Assembly (NCBI RefSeq): GCF_009914755.1
Contig: NC_060938.1
Origin: the human T2T-CHM13v2.0 reference genome, Homo sapiens
Direction: 5' to 3' (one strand)
Length of the DNA: 64,000 nucleotides
The position numbers were made by a program, and so were the translations under genes. Under the pieces are notes generated by a model. That model had not been told where the DNA came from. It saw nothing but the letters and a program-made list of their open reading frames with translations, and ran no database searches. Shown here in pieces: positions 19,597-32,164 of this stretch (within the stretch, counting starts at the first letter, position 1; the number at the start of each line of letters is the position of its first letter).

Positions 19597-22500
19597 CATG
19601 TCTAGCGTCACCCTCCTTCCTGGCAGTGACACTGTTGATGTGAACCCCAATTTCACATCTGTCATTTGTAAATAGGACCATTTTCCCTTTTCGCTCTCCC
19701 TTCCATTCACAGGGCTTTTCATTCTCTCTGTTACTGCCTCCGTTTCAGATATTTACTCACCTTTTTCTCTCTCACTATGTCTGCCGTGGGCTCCATGAGA
19801 GTGCGCCACATAAGATTCCCCCATTAAAAGTCATGAATTGAGTGGCTTTTAGTATACCTGTGGTTGTGCACATTCAAATTTAATTCGCAATTCATTGTAG
19901 AACGTCTTATCACTCCCGGCCAGAGAAAAACCCTGTAGACATTAGTCACTCCTCATTCTGTCTCAAACCCTCTCCCTCACCCGCAGCCCTAGGTAGCAAC
20001 TACCTAGTGCGATCAATCCCATATGCATAGATTACCATATTGTGGACATTTCCTATAAGCGGAATTGCACAATAGGGGAGCTGTTATGACTGACATAACA
20101 CGTAACACAATATTTTCAAGATTCGTCCACATTGTAGGCTTACCCACAGGGGGAAACCATTTTTTTGGGGGCTTTTAGTAACACCGGTGTTTTCTCCTTC
20201 TTTACGTCCTTCTTTCCTTCCTTCCTTCCTTCCTTCCTTCCTTCCTTCCTGACTTCCTTCTTTCCTTCCCTCCTTCCTCCTATTTCTCTCTTACTCCTTC
20301 TGCCCTCTCTCTTTCCTATGCCTTAGGTGCATCCCACATTCTGCGTTTTTTTGGGGAAATCCTCGACAGGTGCAGGAAAATTGTGTTATTGTAACTATTT
20401 ACCGTTATCTCTCTTTCACGGCTCTCCATCAGTTGTGAACATCTATTGGTTTATCCCAAGTCTCTAAGCATATTTTCATTAGGTAAACCTGTTTTTCCTT
20501 ATACAGCTGTTTCTGGAGTATAGGGTCGCATACTCATAAACCCAGTGTAACTCAGAAACGCATCTAATATTCCAGTAAACCCATCATAACGTTGAAAAAT
20601 CGTAAATCAAACCATCATAAGTCACGGTTTGTCCGTGGATATGGGCCTCATCAATTCCATTGTATTCAGTAATGCTGTACACCATTAACAATGGCAGACT
20701 GATTGGGAGTGGATATTGATAGCATTATAAAAGTCAGTTATTAGAGGGATACTTCTTTAACCTGACTGAAGAACTGATCTAATGGCTTTAGTACAGTGCA
20801 TGATTATGTGCGATGTTTTGAGACAGAGTAGTACATTTGTGAATGAAATTTTATGGCTTTTTTTTTCACTTAGTAGGAACCATTGTGTGTGGAAAAGTGA
20901 GAAAATGGCTTTCTGCTGTAGGGTCTGGCATTCATTGTAGATGTAAGCTTATTTTTCTGTGAGCAAATCTTATTCAATAAAATACTACTCTTTATACTAA
21001 AAATCAAAAACAGTGGTGATGTGTGGTCATTATCCTCAGCAAACTTATCCAGGGAAAGAAAACCAAACGCCACAACTCACTTATAATGGGAGCTGAAAAA
21101 TGAGATCCCATGGACACAGGAAGGGGAACAACACACACTGGGGCCTTCCGGGAGACAGAGCGTTAAGAAAAACAGCTACTGCATGCTGGGATTAATACCT
21201 AGGTGATGGGTTGACAGGTGCAGCAAACCACCATGGCACACGTGTACCTTAGTAACAAATCTGCACATCCTGCACATATACCCCAGAACTTAGGAACGAA
21301 ACGAAACAAAAGACAACGAAAAAGCAACAGCAAAACGCTAAAGGCAAAATAAAGTTTCAAACTGAGAAAGTGACAGACCAACGTCTGGTTCAAATCATGG
21401 TTCTCAACCCAGGTGCCATAAGGTCAGGATAAAGGATGTGATTACATATTGTCAATAAGACATGCAGCAAATGACCAGAATGATTATTCTCAACATATGA
21501 GTGTCTTCTAATTCAATGGCGACGCTATCTACCGGGACATAGCATTAGATTCCAAAGGGCCGAGTCCCGCCAGACAGGCCTCCCACACTAATAACAATGG
21601 GAAGCCCTACGTTGCTTTACCTGTGCTTCTCAGCCACTGGCTATAAATCAGGTTGCCACCACTCCCAGATTTAGTTGCATTCATTTGCTGGAAGAGCTCA
21701 CAGCACGCAGGGAAACACATTTGCCGTTGTATTTTAGCGGACATTGCACAAAGTTCAGAAATAAATGTGGGGCCCGGCATGTGGGGAGGGGCGCACTACC
21801 TTCCAGGAAGTGCTATCCAGAAGCTCTCTGAACCCAGTCCTTTTGGGTTTTGATGGAGACCTCATTCTATAGGCATGATGGGTTAAACCATAGGCTATTG
21901 GTGATCAACTCCACCTGGGGCTCTCCACCCTCCCTGGAAATTGGGGTTGAGGCTTTGCCATCCTCAGTCTGACTAAAAGAATTTACCCAAACGGAATTTT
22001 AAAACCGATGAGCATAACTGGAATCTTAATTAGATGATTGGATTATCTGGAGCCACACCTTGATATTCCTAACCCGAGCACCCTCATCCAACGAATGCTC
22101 CACCCAACTGGCTCCCAAGTCTCTACGTGGTTCCAGAGCAAAAGGATGTTGATACAACGCATATCTCCACCTTTTCTTCAAAGTCTTTACGCTTACACGG
22201 AAAGACTTCTTCAACTGCCATGCATCAGGGTCAGGGGGAGGTCTTGTTACAACACAGATCTGCGGATCTCCGGGGTTTGACTGTGGCAAGGATGCTGCTG
22301 GTGTCAAAACCACAACGTGGGAACCACAGAACCACTAGTGGGTTTTCAGTGTTTCAGTGCATACAATTCCTAATATATCTGGCTAAGAAAACTTGTAAGT
22401 TCTTAGATTGTCCCAAAGGTGGCGCATGAAATCAAAGCAGGAGAACAGTTTCCTTACGAGGTGTAGCCTGGGAAAGTTGGGGGTGACTGATGGAAAGGAG

Positions 22501-22700
22501 GAGTGAAGCTCCACCCTTTCCGCTGCTAGGCTGCGGCCGAGGCAATTTAAACCCACCCTGGCTGGCCTGTACTCAGATCTTCGCGGAGCGGATCAGCGGC
22601 CGGAGCGTTTGGCGGACTCTGCGTGGACTTGGAGCTCACAGAGTCTTGCGACTTGGAAGCGGATTCAGAGGACAGGACAGAACACTTGGACAAGTGAATC

Positions 22701-22731
<31 letters not shown>

Positions 22732-22902
22732 CATTGGTTGGTTGATTTCCATTTTCTTAAGGGGCACATACCTCACACCGCACACACACAAACACACACA
22801 CGCACACACACACACACACACGCACACACACGCACACACACTCCTTCCTTCTGCGAGTTAGAACGTTAGTAGGGGCCCCTGGGAGCTGCAGGTTTCCTAA
22901 AC

Positions 22903-25884
22903 ATGTCTGCACCTAAGAACAGTAGGGTCTTGTCTGGCTCTTCTTATGAACGGTCCCCCAGCCCGGACTCCCCAAGGTCCATGCGAGCCTCACCCAGCTT
23001 CTCCCTCTCCCCTCTCAGAAACTCAGGCTTAAGGGGAAGCTCCTCACCAGGGATCGGGAGCTACCATTCACCATCCCCTAGGGCTTCACCACACTCACCT
23101 CTGTCATCACCAGAATCCCACAAGCTCCCATTTCCCTGTCCTCACCGTGATGGGCAATCAATAAAGCCATTGGGCTCTCCCGTGTCCTCCTCTGAGGAAT
23201 CCTAAGAGTCCCCACGTTCATCAATAATATACCACATGTTCTTACTGCCATCACCCAGCAGCTCACCCCCAGCTCTCGGGGGGTCTCCTGTGTCTCCCAG
23301 CTACTCTCCAAACAACCCCAGATTTCAGCTGCGGTCAGCCCCCCACACCAAGGAATCACCTACAAACTCACGAGCCTCACTTTTCTCCACCCCTGTGTCT
23401 TTCATCTCTTCACCCCCAGGCCTCAGGGACCCTCCTGTGGCTCCCAGTTACTCTCCAGCCATCCCCAGGTTCCTGCGCGAGTCAGCCCCATACACCCAGG
23501 AGTCCCCCAGAGACTCACAGGTCTTGGGAGATTATGAGCGGTCCCTCAGCCCTGACTCCTCAAGATTCATGCCTGCCTCACCCAGCTTCTCCCTCTCCCC
23601 TCCCAGAAACTCAGACCCAAGGGGCAGCTCCTCACCAGGGATGTGGAAGTCCTCTACATCATCCCGCAGGGCTTCACCACTCTCACATCCGTCATCAACA
23701 GAATTCCACAACTTTACGTTTCCCTTTCCTAACCAAGCAGGACAGTCACTCATGTCATTGTGTTCTCCCGTGACCTCCTCTGGAGATTCTTCACAGTCAC
23801 CTCATTCATCAATAATATACCATATGTTCTTACTGCCATCATCCAGCAGCTCACCCCCAGCCACCCATGACTCTCCTGTCTGTCCCAGCTACTCTCCAAC
23901 TACGCCCAGATTTCAGCGGGAGTCTGTACCCCACACCCCAGAAACACCTACAAACTCACAGACCTCAGTGAGATCCTCGCCAGTCTCTCTCACGTCTTCA
24001 CCCCCAGCCCTTACGGACCCTCCAGTCTGTCCCAGCTACTCTCCAACCACGCCCACATTTCAGCGCGGGTCAGTTCCAGGAACCCAGGGATCACCACCAA
24101 GCCCACCGCTTTCACTGAGTTACTCCCCAGTCTCTAGCACGTCTTTATCTCCAACCCTCAGGGACTCGCCTGTCTGTCCCAGCTACTCTCCAAACACGCC
24201 CACACTTCAGCGGCAGTCCGTTGCAGGCACCCAGAAGTCACCACCAAACTCACCAATTTCACTGCGTTACTCCCCAGTCTCTCTCATGTCTTCACCATCC
24301 CTCAGGGACTCTCCCGTCTGTCCCAGCTACTCTCCAACCACGCCCACATTTCAGCTGGAGTCAGTTCCAGGCACCCCGGAATCACCACCAAACTCACCAA
24401 TTTCACTCAGTTACTCCTCAGTCTCTACCACGTCTTTATCTCCAACCCTCAGGGACTCTCCTGTGTGTCCCAGCTACTCTCCAACCATGCCCACACTTCA
24501 GCGGGAGTCAGTTCCAGGCACCCAGGAATCACCACCAAACTCACCAATTTCACTCAATTACTCTCCAGTCTCTCTCGTGTCTTCACCAGCCCTCAGGGAC
24601 TCTCCTGTCTGTCCCAGCTACTCTACAACCACGCCCACATTTCAGCTGGAGTCAGTTCCAGGCACCCCGGAGTCACCACCAAACTCACCAGTTTCACTCA
24701 GTTACTCCCCGGTCTCTCTCATGTCATCACCCCCAGCCCTCAGGGACTCTCCTGTGTGTCCCAGCTACTCTCCAACCATGCCCAGATTCCAGCGGGAGTC
24801 AGTTCCAGGCACCCATGTATCACCACCAAACTCAGCAGTTTCACTGAGTTACTCCCCAGTCTCTCTCATGTCTTCACCCCCAGACCCCTGGGACTCTCCT
24901 GTCTGTCCCAGCTACTCTCCCACCACGCCCAGATTTCAGCGGGAGTCAGCCTCCCACACTCCGGAATCAGATACAGACTCACAGACTTCACTGAACTCCT
25001 CCCTGGTCTCTCTCAGGTCTTTGCCCTCATCCCACAGGGACTCTTGTGTCTCTTTCAGCTACTCTCAAAACTTCTCTAGATTCCAGCTGGAGTCAGTTCC
25101 AGGCACCCACGATACACCACCGAACTCACGAATTTCACTGACTTACGCCCCAGTCTCCCTCATGTTCTCACCCCCAGCCCTCAGGGACTCTTCTGTCTCT
25201 CTCAGCTACTCTCCAACCATCTCCAGATTTCACCTGGAGTCAGCTTCCCACACCCTGGAATCACCTGCAAACTCACGGACCTTACTGCAACCATCCCCCA
25301 TTTCTTTCACCTCTTCACCCCCTGCCTTCAGGGACTCTCCTGGGTCTCCCAGCTTCTCTCCAGCCTTCCCCAGATTTCTGCCACAGTCAGCCCCAGGCAC
25401 CCAGGACAACCCTAGACACTCACAGGCCTCACCAGACTATCTCCCTATGACCTGTACCTATACAGGGATGGCTCCCACGCATCCCTCAGTGACCCCAAAC
25501 CCATCTCCACTTACACTCAGGCACTCCCAGGGCCTGACAGCTACTCCCCGTTATTGTCCTTCAGTTCGAAGCCCTGGCCAATCTACTAGCCCACATGACG
25601 CAGTTACCTGGCCATTTCTCCACGGTTCCCGGGAGGGCCCCACACCCAGCCGCACAAGAGCCCCTCCTGCATTCCGTCCTCACACGCAGGCCTGTCCATC
25701 TACTTGCTACTGTCACACTCTTGCCAGCAGAAGAGGCCCCTGTAATGGCCGATATCACCACCCAGTCTATCCTCACCCCACAGCTGTGCAGCGGGAACCC
25801 CCTGCTGGCCCACGTGGCTGCCACAGCCCATGCTGGCACGACGCTCCAGCAGGTCGGCGTCCCTGCGGGCCAAACTACCGGTGA
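22903..25884 (+). pseudogene. Unit 4 copy with nonsense codon (TCA>TAA at 23203-23205); residual 882-aa ORF 23236-25884
   Basis: GAGGAATCCTAAGAG here versus GAGGAATCCTCAGAG in sister units; the frame is otherwise intact. Confidence 0.65.
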
Positions 25885-28800
25885 CATGTCTAGCGTGACC
25901 CTCCTTCCTGGCAGTGACACTGTTGATGTGAACCCCAATTTCACATCTGTCATTTGTAAATAGGACCATTTTCCCTTTTCGCTCTCCCTTCCATTCACAG
26001 GGCTTTTCATTCTCTCTGTTACTGCCTCCGTTTCAGATATTTACTCACCTTTTTCTCTCTCACTATGTCTGCCGTGGGCTCCATGAGAGTGCGCCACATA
26101 AGATTCCCCCATTAAAAGTCATGAATTGAGTGGCTTTTAGTATACCTGTGGTTGTGCACATTCAAATTTAATTCGCAATTCATTGTAGAACGTCTTATCA
26201 CTCCCGGCCAGAGAAAAACCCTGTAGACATTAGTCACTCCTCATTCTGTCTCAAACCCTCTCCCTCACCCGCAGCCCTAGGTAGCAACTACCTAGTGCGA
26301 TCAATCCCATATGCATAGATTACCATATTGTGGACATTTCCTATAAGCGGAATTGCACAATAGGGGAGCTGTTATGACTGACATAACACGTAACACAATA
26401 TTTTCAAGATTCGTCCACATTGTAGGCTTACCCACAGGGGGAAACCATTTTTTTGGGGGCTTTTAGTAACACCGGTGTTTTCTCCTTCGTTACGTCCTTC
26501 TTTCCTTCCTTCCTTCCTTCCTTCCTTCCTGACTTCCTTCTTTCCTTCCCTCCTTCCTCCTATTTCTCTCTTACTCCTTCTGCCCTCTCTCTTTCCTATG
26601 CCTTAGGTGCATCCCACATTCTGCGTTTTTTTGGGGAAATCCTCGACAGGTGCAGGAAAATTGTGTTATTGTAACTATTTACCGTTATCTCTCTTTCACG
26701 GCTCTCCATCAGTTGTGAACATCTATTGGTTTATCCCAAGTCTCTAAGCATATTTTCATTAGGTAAACCTGTTTTTCCTTATACAGCTGTTTCTGGAGTA
26801 TAGGGTCGCATACTCATAAACCCAGTGTAACTCAGAAACGCATCTAATATTCCAGTAAACCCATCATAACGTTGAAAAATCGTAAATCAAACCATCATAA
26901 GTCACGGTTTGTCCGTGGATATGGGCCTCATCAATTCCATTGTATTCAGTAATGCTGTACACCATTAACAATGGCAGACTGATTGGGAGTGGATATTGAT
27001 AGCATTATAAAAGTCAGTTATTAGAGGGATACTTCTTTAACCTGACTGAAGAACTGATCTAATGGCTTTAGTACAGTGCATGATTATGTGCGATGTTTTG
27101 AGACAGAGTAGTACATTTGTGAATGAAATTTTATGGCTTTTTTTTTCACTTAGTAGGAACCATTGTGTGTGGAAAAGTGAGAAAATGGCTTTCTGCTGTA
27201 GGGTCTGGCATTCATTGTAGATGTAAGCTTATTTTTCTGTGAGCAAATCTTATTCAATAAAATACTACTCTTTATACTAAAAAACAAAAACAGTGGTGAT
27301 GTGTGGTCATTATCCTCAGCAAACTTATCCAGGGAAAGAAAACCAAACGCCACAACTCACTTATAATGGGAGCTGAAAAATGAGATCCCATGGACACAGG
27401 AAGGGGAACAACACACACTGGGGCCTTCCGGGAGACAGAGCGTTAAGAAAAACAGCTACTGCATGCTGGGATTAATACCTAGGTGATGGGTTGACAGGTG
27501 CAGCAAACCACCATGGCACACGTTTACCTTAGTAACAAATCTGCACATCATGCACATATACCCCAGAACTTAGGAACGAAACGAAACAAAAGACAACGAA
27601 AAAGCAACAGCAAAACGCTAAAGGCAAAATAAAGTTTCAAACTGAGAAAGTGACAGACCAACGTCTGGTTCAAATCATGGTTCTCAACCCAGGTGCCATA
27701 AGGTCAGGATAAAGGATGTGATTACATATTGTCAATAAGACATGCAGCAAATGACCAGAATGATTATTCTCAACATATGAGTGTCTTCTAATTCAATGGC
27801 GACGCTATCTACCGGGACATAGCATTAGATTCCAAAGGGCCGAGTCCCGCCAGACAGGCCTCCCACACTAATAACAATGGGAAGCCCTACGTTGCTTTAC
27901 CTGTGCTTCTCAGCCACTGGCTATAAATCAGGTTGCCACCACTCCCAGATTTAGTTGCATTCATTTGCTGGAAGAGCTCACAGCACGCAGGGAAACACAT
28001 TTGCCGTTGTATTTTAGCGGACATTGCACAAAGTTCAGAAATAAATGTGGGGCCCGGCATGTGGGGAGGGGCGCACTACCTTCCAGGAAGTGCTATCCAG
28101 AAGCTCTCTGAACCCAGTCCTTTTGGGTTTTGATGGAGACCTCATTCTATAGGCATGATGGGTTAAACCATAGGCTATTGGTGATCAACTCCACCTGGGG
28201 CTCTCCACCCTCCCTGGAAATTGGGGTTGAGGCTTTGCCATCCTCAGTCTGACTAAAAGAATTTACCCAAACGGAATTTTAAAACCGATAAGCATAACTG
28301 GAATCTTAATTAGATGATTGGATTATCTGGAGCCACACCTTGATATTCCTAACCCGAGCACCCTCATCCAACGAATGCTCCACCCAACTGGCTCCCAAGT
28401 CTCTACGTGGTTCCAGAGCAAAAGGATGTTGATACAACGCATATCTCCACCTTTTCTTCAAAGTCTTTACGCTTACACGGAAAGACTTCTTCAACTGCCA
28501 TGCATCAGGGTCAGGGGGAGGTCTTGTTACAACACAGATCTGCGGATCTCCGGGGTTTGACTGTGGCAAGGATGCTGCTGGTGTCAAAACCACAACGTGG
28601 GAACCACAGAACCACTAGTGGGTTTTCAGTGTTTCAGTGCATACAATTCCTAATATATCTGGCTAAGAAAACTTGTAAGTTCTTAGATTGTCCCAAAGGT
28701 GGCGCATGAAATCAAAGCAGGAGAACAGTTTCCTTACGAGGTGTAGCCTGGGAAAGTTGGGGGTGACTGATGGAAAGGAGGAGTGAAGCTCCACCCTTTC

Positions 28801-28980
28801 CGCTGCTAGGCTGCGGCCGAGGCAATTTAAACCCACCCTGGCTGGCCTGTACTCAGATCTTCGCGGAGCGGATCAGCGGCCGGAGCGTTTGGCGGACTCT
28901 GCGTGGACTTGGAGCTCACAGAGTCTTGCGACTTGGAAGCGGATTCAGAGGACAGGACAGAACACTTGGACAAGTGAATC

Positions 28981-29011
<31 letters not shown>

Positions 29012-29182
29012 CATTGGTTGGTTGATTTCCATTTTCTTAAGGGGCACATACCTCACACCGCACACACACAAACACACACACGCACACACACACACACACA
29101 CGCACACACACGCACACACACTCCTTCCTTCTGCGAGTTAGAACGTTAGTAGGGGCCCCTGGGAGCTGCAGGTTTCCTAAAC

Positions 29183-32164
29183 ATGTCTGCACCTAAGAAC
29201 AGTAGGGTCTTGTCTGGCTCTTCTTATGAACGGTCCCCCAGCCCGGACTCCCCAAGGTCCATGCGAGCCTCACCCAGCTTCTCCCTCTCCCCTCTCAGAA
29301 ACTCAGGCTTAAGGGGAAGCTCCTCACCAGGGATCGGGAGCTACCATTCACCATCCCCTAGGGCTTCACCACACTCACCTCTGTCATCACCAGAATCCCA
29401 CAAGCTCCCATTTCCCTGTCCTCACCGTGATGGGCAATCAATAAAGCCATTGGGCTCTCCCGTGTCCTCCTCTGAGGAATCCTCAGAGTCCCCACGTTCA
29501 TCAATAATATACCACATGTTCTTACTGCCATCACCCAGCAGCTCACCCCCAGCTCTCGGGGGGTCTCCTGTGTCTCCCAGCTACTCTCCAAACAACCCCA
29601 GATTTCAGCTGCGGTCAGCCCCCCACACCAAGGAATCACCTACAAACTCACGAGCCTCACGCTGCTCCACCCCTGTGTCTTTCATCTCTTCACCCCCAGG
29701 CCTCAGGGACCCTCCTGTGGCTCCCAGTTACTCTCCAGCCATCCCCAGGTTCCTGCGGGAGTCAGCCCCATACACCCAGGAGTCCCCCAGAGACTCACAG
29801 GTCTTGGGAGATTATGAGCGGTCCCTCAGCCCTGACTCCTCAAGATTCATGCCTGCCTCACCCAGCTTCTCCCTCTCCCCTCCCAGAAACTCAGACCCAA
29901 GGGGCAGCTCCTCACCAGGGATGTGGAAGTCCTCTACATCATCCCGCAGGGCTTCACCACTCTCACATCCGTCATCAACAGAATTCCACAACTTTACGTT
30001 TCCCTTTCCTAACCAAGCAGGACAGTCACTCATGTCATTGTGTTCTCCCGTGACCTCCTCTGGAGATTCTTCACAGTCACCTCATTCATCAATAATATAC
30101 CATATGTTCTTACTGCCATCATCCAGCAGCTCACCCCCAGCCACCCATGACTCTCCTGTCTGTCCCAGCTACTCTCCAACTACGCCCAGATTTCAGCGGG
30201 AGTCTCTACCCCACACCCCAGAAACACCTACAAACTCACAGACCTCAGTGAGATCCTCGCCAGTCTCTCTCACGTCTTCACCCCCAGCCCTTACGGACCC
30301 TCCAGTCTGTCCCAGCTACTCTCCAACCACGCCCACATTTCAGCGCGGGTCAGTTCCAGGAACCCAGGGATCACCACCAAGCCCACCGCTTTCACTGAGT
30401 TACTCCCCAGTCTCTAGCACGTCTTTATCTCCAACCCTCAGGGACTCGCCTGTCTGTCCCAGCTACTCTCCAAACACGCCCACACTTCAGCGGCAGTCCG
30501 TTGCAGGCACCCAGAAGTCACCACCAAACTCACCAATTTCACTGCGTTACTCCCCAGTCTCTCTCATGTCTTCACCATCCCTCAGGGACTCTCCCGTCTG
30601 TCCCAGCTACTCTCCAACCACGCCCACATTTCAGCTGGAGTCAGTTCCAGGCACCCCGGAATCACCACCAAACTCACCAATTTCACTCAGTTACTCCTCA
30701 GTCTCTACCACGTCTTTATCTCCAACCCTCAGGGACTCTCCTGTGTGTCCCAGCTACTCTCCAACCATGCCCACACTTCAGCGGGAGTCAGTTCCAGGCA
30801 CCCAGGAATCACCACCAAACTCACCAATTTCACTCAATTACTCTCCAGTCTCTCTCGTGTCTTCACCAGCCCTCAGGGACTCTCCTGTCTGTCCCAGCTA
30901 CTCTACAACCACGCCCACATTTCAGCTGGAGTCAGTTCCAGGCACCCCGGAGTCACCACCAAACTCACCAGTTTCACTCAGTTACTCCCCGGTCTCTCTC
31001 ATGTCATCACCCCCAGCCCTCAGGGACTCTCCTGTGTGTCCCAGCTACTCTCCAACCATGCCCAGATTCCAGCGGGAGTCAGTTCCAGGCACCCATGTAT
31101 CACCACCAAACTCAGCAGTTTCACTGAGTTACTCCCCAGTCTCTCTCATGTCTTCACCCCCAGACCCCTGGGACTCTCCTGTCTGTCCCAGCTACTCTCC
31201 CACCACGCCCAGATTTCAGCGGGAGTCAGCCTCCCACACTCCGGAATCAGATACAGACTCACAGACTTCACTGAACTCCTCCCTGGTCTCTCTCAGGTCT
31301 TTGCCCTCATCCCACAGGGACTCTTGTGTCTCTTTCAGCTACTCTCAAAACTTCTCTAGATTCCAGCTGGAGTCAGTTCCAGGCACCCACGATACACCAC
31401 CGAACTCACGAATTTCACTGACTTACGCCCCAGTCTCCCTCATGTTCTCACCCCCAGCCCTCAGGGACTCTTCTGTCTCTCTCAGCTACTCTCCAACCAT
31501 CTCCAGATTTCACCTGGAGTCAGCTTCCCACACCCTGGAATCACCTGCAAACTCACGGACCTTACTGCAACCATCCCCCATTTCTTTCACCTCTTCACCC
31601 CCTGCCTTCAGGGACTCTCCTGGGTCTCCCAGCTTCTCTCCAGCCTTCCCCAGATTTCTGCCACAGTCAGCCCCAGGCACCCAGGACAACCCTAGACACT
31701 CACAGGCCTCACCAGACTATCTCCCTATGACCTGTACCTATACAGGGATGGCTCCCACGCATCCCTCAGTGACCCCAAACCCATCTCCACTTACACTCAG
31801 GCACTCCCAGGGCCTGACAGCTACTCCCCGTTATTGTCCTTCAGTTCGAAGCCCTGGCCAATCTACTAGCCCACATGACGCAGTTACCTGGCCATTTCTC
31901 CACGGTTCCCGGGAGGGCCCCACACCCAGCCGCACAAGAGCCCCTCCTGCATTCCGTCCTCACACGCAGGCCTGTCCATCTACTTGCTACTGTCACACTC
32001 TTGCCAGCAGAAGAGGCCCCTGTAATGGCCGATATCACCACCCAGTCTATCCTCACCCCACAGCTGTGCAGCGGGAACCCCCTGCTGGCCCACGTGGCTG
32101 CCACAGCCCATGCTGGCACGACGCTCCAGCAGGTCGGCGTCCCTGCGGGCCAAACTACCGGTGA
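29183..32164 (+). CDS. CTD-heptad-like Ser/Pro-rich repeat protein, 993 aa, unit 5
   Basis: Intact ORF; protein appears identical to units 6, 9 and 10. Confidence 0.55.
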   Translation: MSAPKNSRVLSGSSYERSPSPDSPRSMRASPSFSLSPLRNSGLRGSSSPGIGSYHSPSPRASPHSPLSSPESHKLPFPCPHRDGQSIKPLGSPVSSSEESSESPRSSIIYHMFLLPSPSSSPPALGGSPVSPSYSPNNPRFQLRSAPHTKESPTNSRASRCSTPVSFISSPPGLRDPPVAPSYSPAIPRFLRESAPYTQESPRDSQVLGDYERSLSPDSSRFMPASPSFSLSPPRNSDPRGSSSPGMWKSSTSSRRASPLSHPSSTEFHNFTFPFPNQAGQSLMSLCSPVTSSGDSSQSPHSSIIYHMFLLPSSSSSPPATHDSPVCPSYSPTTPRFQRESLPHTPETPTNSQTSVRSSPVSLTSSPPALTDPPVCPSYSPTTPTFQRGSVPGTQGSPPSPPLSLSYSPVSSTSLSPTLRDSPVCPSYSPNTPTLQRQSVAGTQKSPPNSPISLRYSPVSLMSSPSLRDSPVCPSYSPTTPTFQLESVPGTPESPPNSPISLSYSSVSTTSLSPTLRDSPVCPSYSPTMPTLQRESVPGTQESPPNSPISLNYSPVSLVSSPALRDSPVCPSYSTTTPTFQLESVPGTPESPPNSPVSLSYSPVSLMSSPPALRDSPVCPSYSPTMPRFQRESVPGTHVSPPNSAVSLSYSPVSLMSSPPDPWDSPVCPSYSPTTPRFQRESASHTPESDTDSQTSLNSSLVSLRSLPSSHRDSCVSFSYSQNFSRFQLESVPGTHDTPPNSRISLTYAPVSLMFSPPALRDSSVSLSYSPTISRFHLESASHTLESPANSRTLLQPSPISFTSSPPAFRDSPGSPSFSPAFPRFLPQSAPGTQDNPRHSQASPDYLPMTCTYTGMAPTHPSVTPNPSPLTLRHSQGLTATPRYCPSVRSPGQSTSPHDAVTWPFLHGSREGPTPSRTRAPPAFRPHTQACPSTCYCHTLASRRGPCNGRYHHPVYPHPTAVQREPPAGPRGCHSPCWHDAPAGRRPCGPNYR

